A DNA stretch of 63,074 nucleotides, filler included, from Choristocarpus tenellus KU-1152 (Eukaryota > Protista > Phaeophyceae): assembly GCA_964200185.2 (NCBI GenBank). It is 10 parts of 10 records of this genome, joined end to end, with 100 filler letters (N's around TTAATTAATTAA, not from the genome) between each part and the next. Parts side by side here need not be neighbours in the genome. Positions count along the whole stretch, not along the records: positions 59,130 to 63,074 come from CAXNAD020017007.1; 9 more parts are not named here. One strand, given 5' to 3'. How positions within the stretch are numbered: position 1 is the first letter of the stretch; each line of letters opens with the position of its first letter. The notes beneath the pieces were generated by a model. The model was not told where the DNA came from, searched no databases, and saw nothing but the letters and a program-made list of their open reading frames with translations. Shown here piece after piece: positions 62,983 to 63,074 of the stretch. Made by a program: the position numbers and the translations under genes.

Positions 62983-63074
62983 CTGCTTATAAAGGTCTGA
63001 GTTTGGTGTATTACCAGAGGAGCGAAGTTACATCTTGGAAGTAGAGGAGAGACCCAAAGTATCTGGGAGGGGGG

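Overview
This window is eukaryotic, intron-rich DNA. It is not one locus: ten unrelated contigs are joined by nine artificial 100-bp linkers (N44-TTAATTAATTAA-N44). The contigs are A 1-10309, B 10410-13587, C 13688-19723, D 19824-30508, E 30609-43901, F 44002-49532, G 49633-53420, H 53521-56263, I 56364-59029 and J 59130-63074. The 72-nt LRR exons, Ectocarpus-style RTE LINE ends, flagellar/centriolar genes and TTAGGG motifs suggest a brown alga or close stramenopile relative (inference). Genes reconstructed by hand from splice sites: a complete 9-exon papain/cathepsin-L-like protease, head-to-head with the 5' part of a cytosolic carboxypeptidase (AGBL5/CCP5-like); a partial PPR gene; a partial WDR90-like WD40 gene; and several unidentified multi-exon fragments. 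Repeats include a ~250-bp MITE in 9 copies with 3- or 4-bp target-site duplications, a sister G-rich TIR family at six contig ends, RTE LINE remnants, LTR remnants, a plant-type mariner pseudogene and many satellites. The most interesting locus is on contig C: 72-nt single-LRR exons (intact and dead) followed in compatible phase by a decayed ZU5 domain with an HFT autoproteolysis-type motif and an unrecognised downstream domain. This resembles a PIDD/NLRP1-like immune receptor built on shuffled LRR exons. All alignments and exon calls were made by eye.
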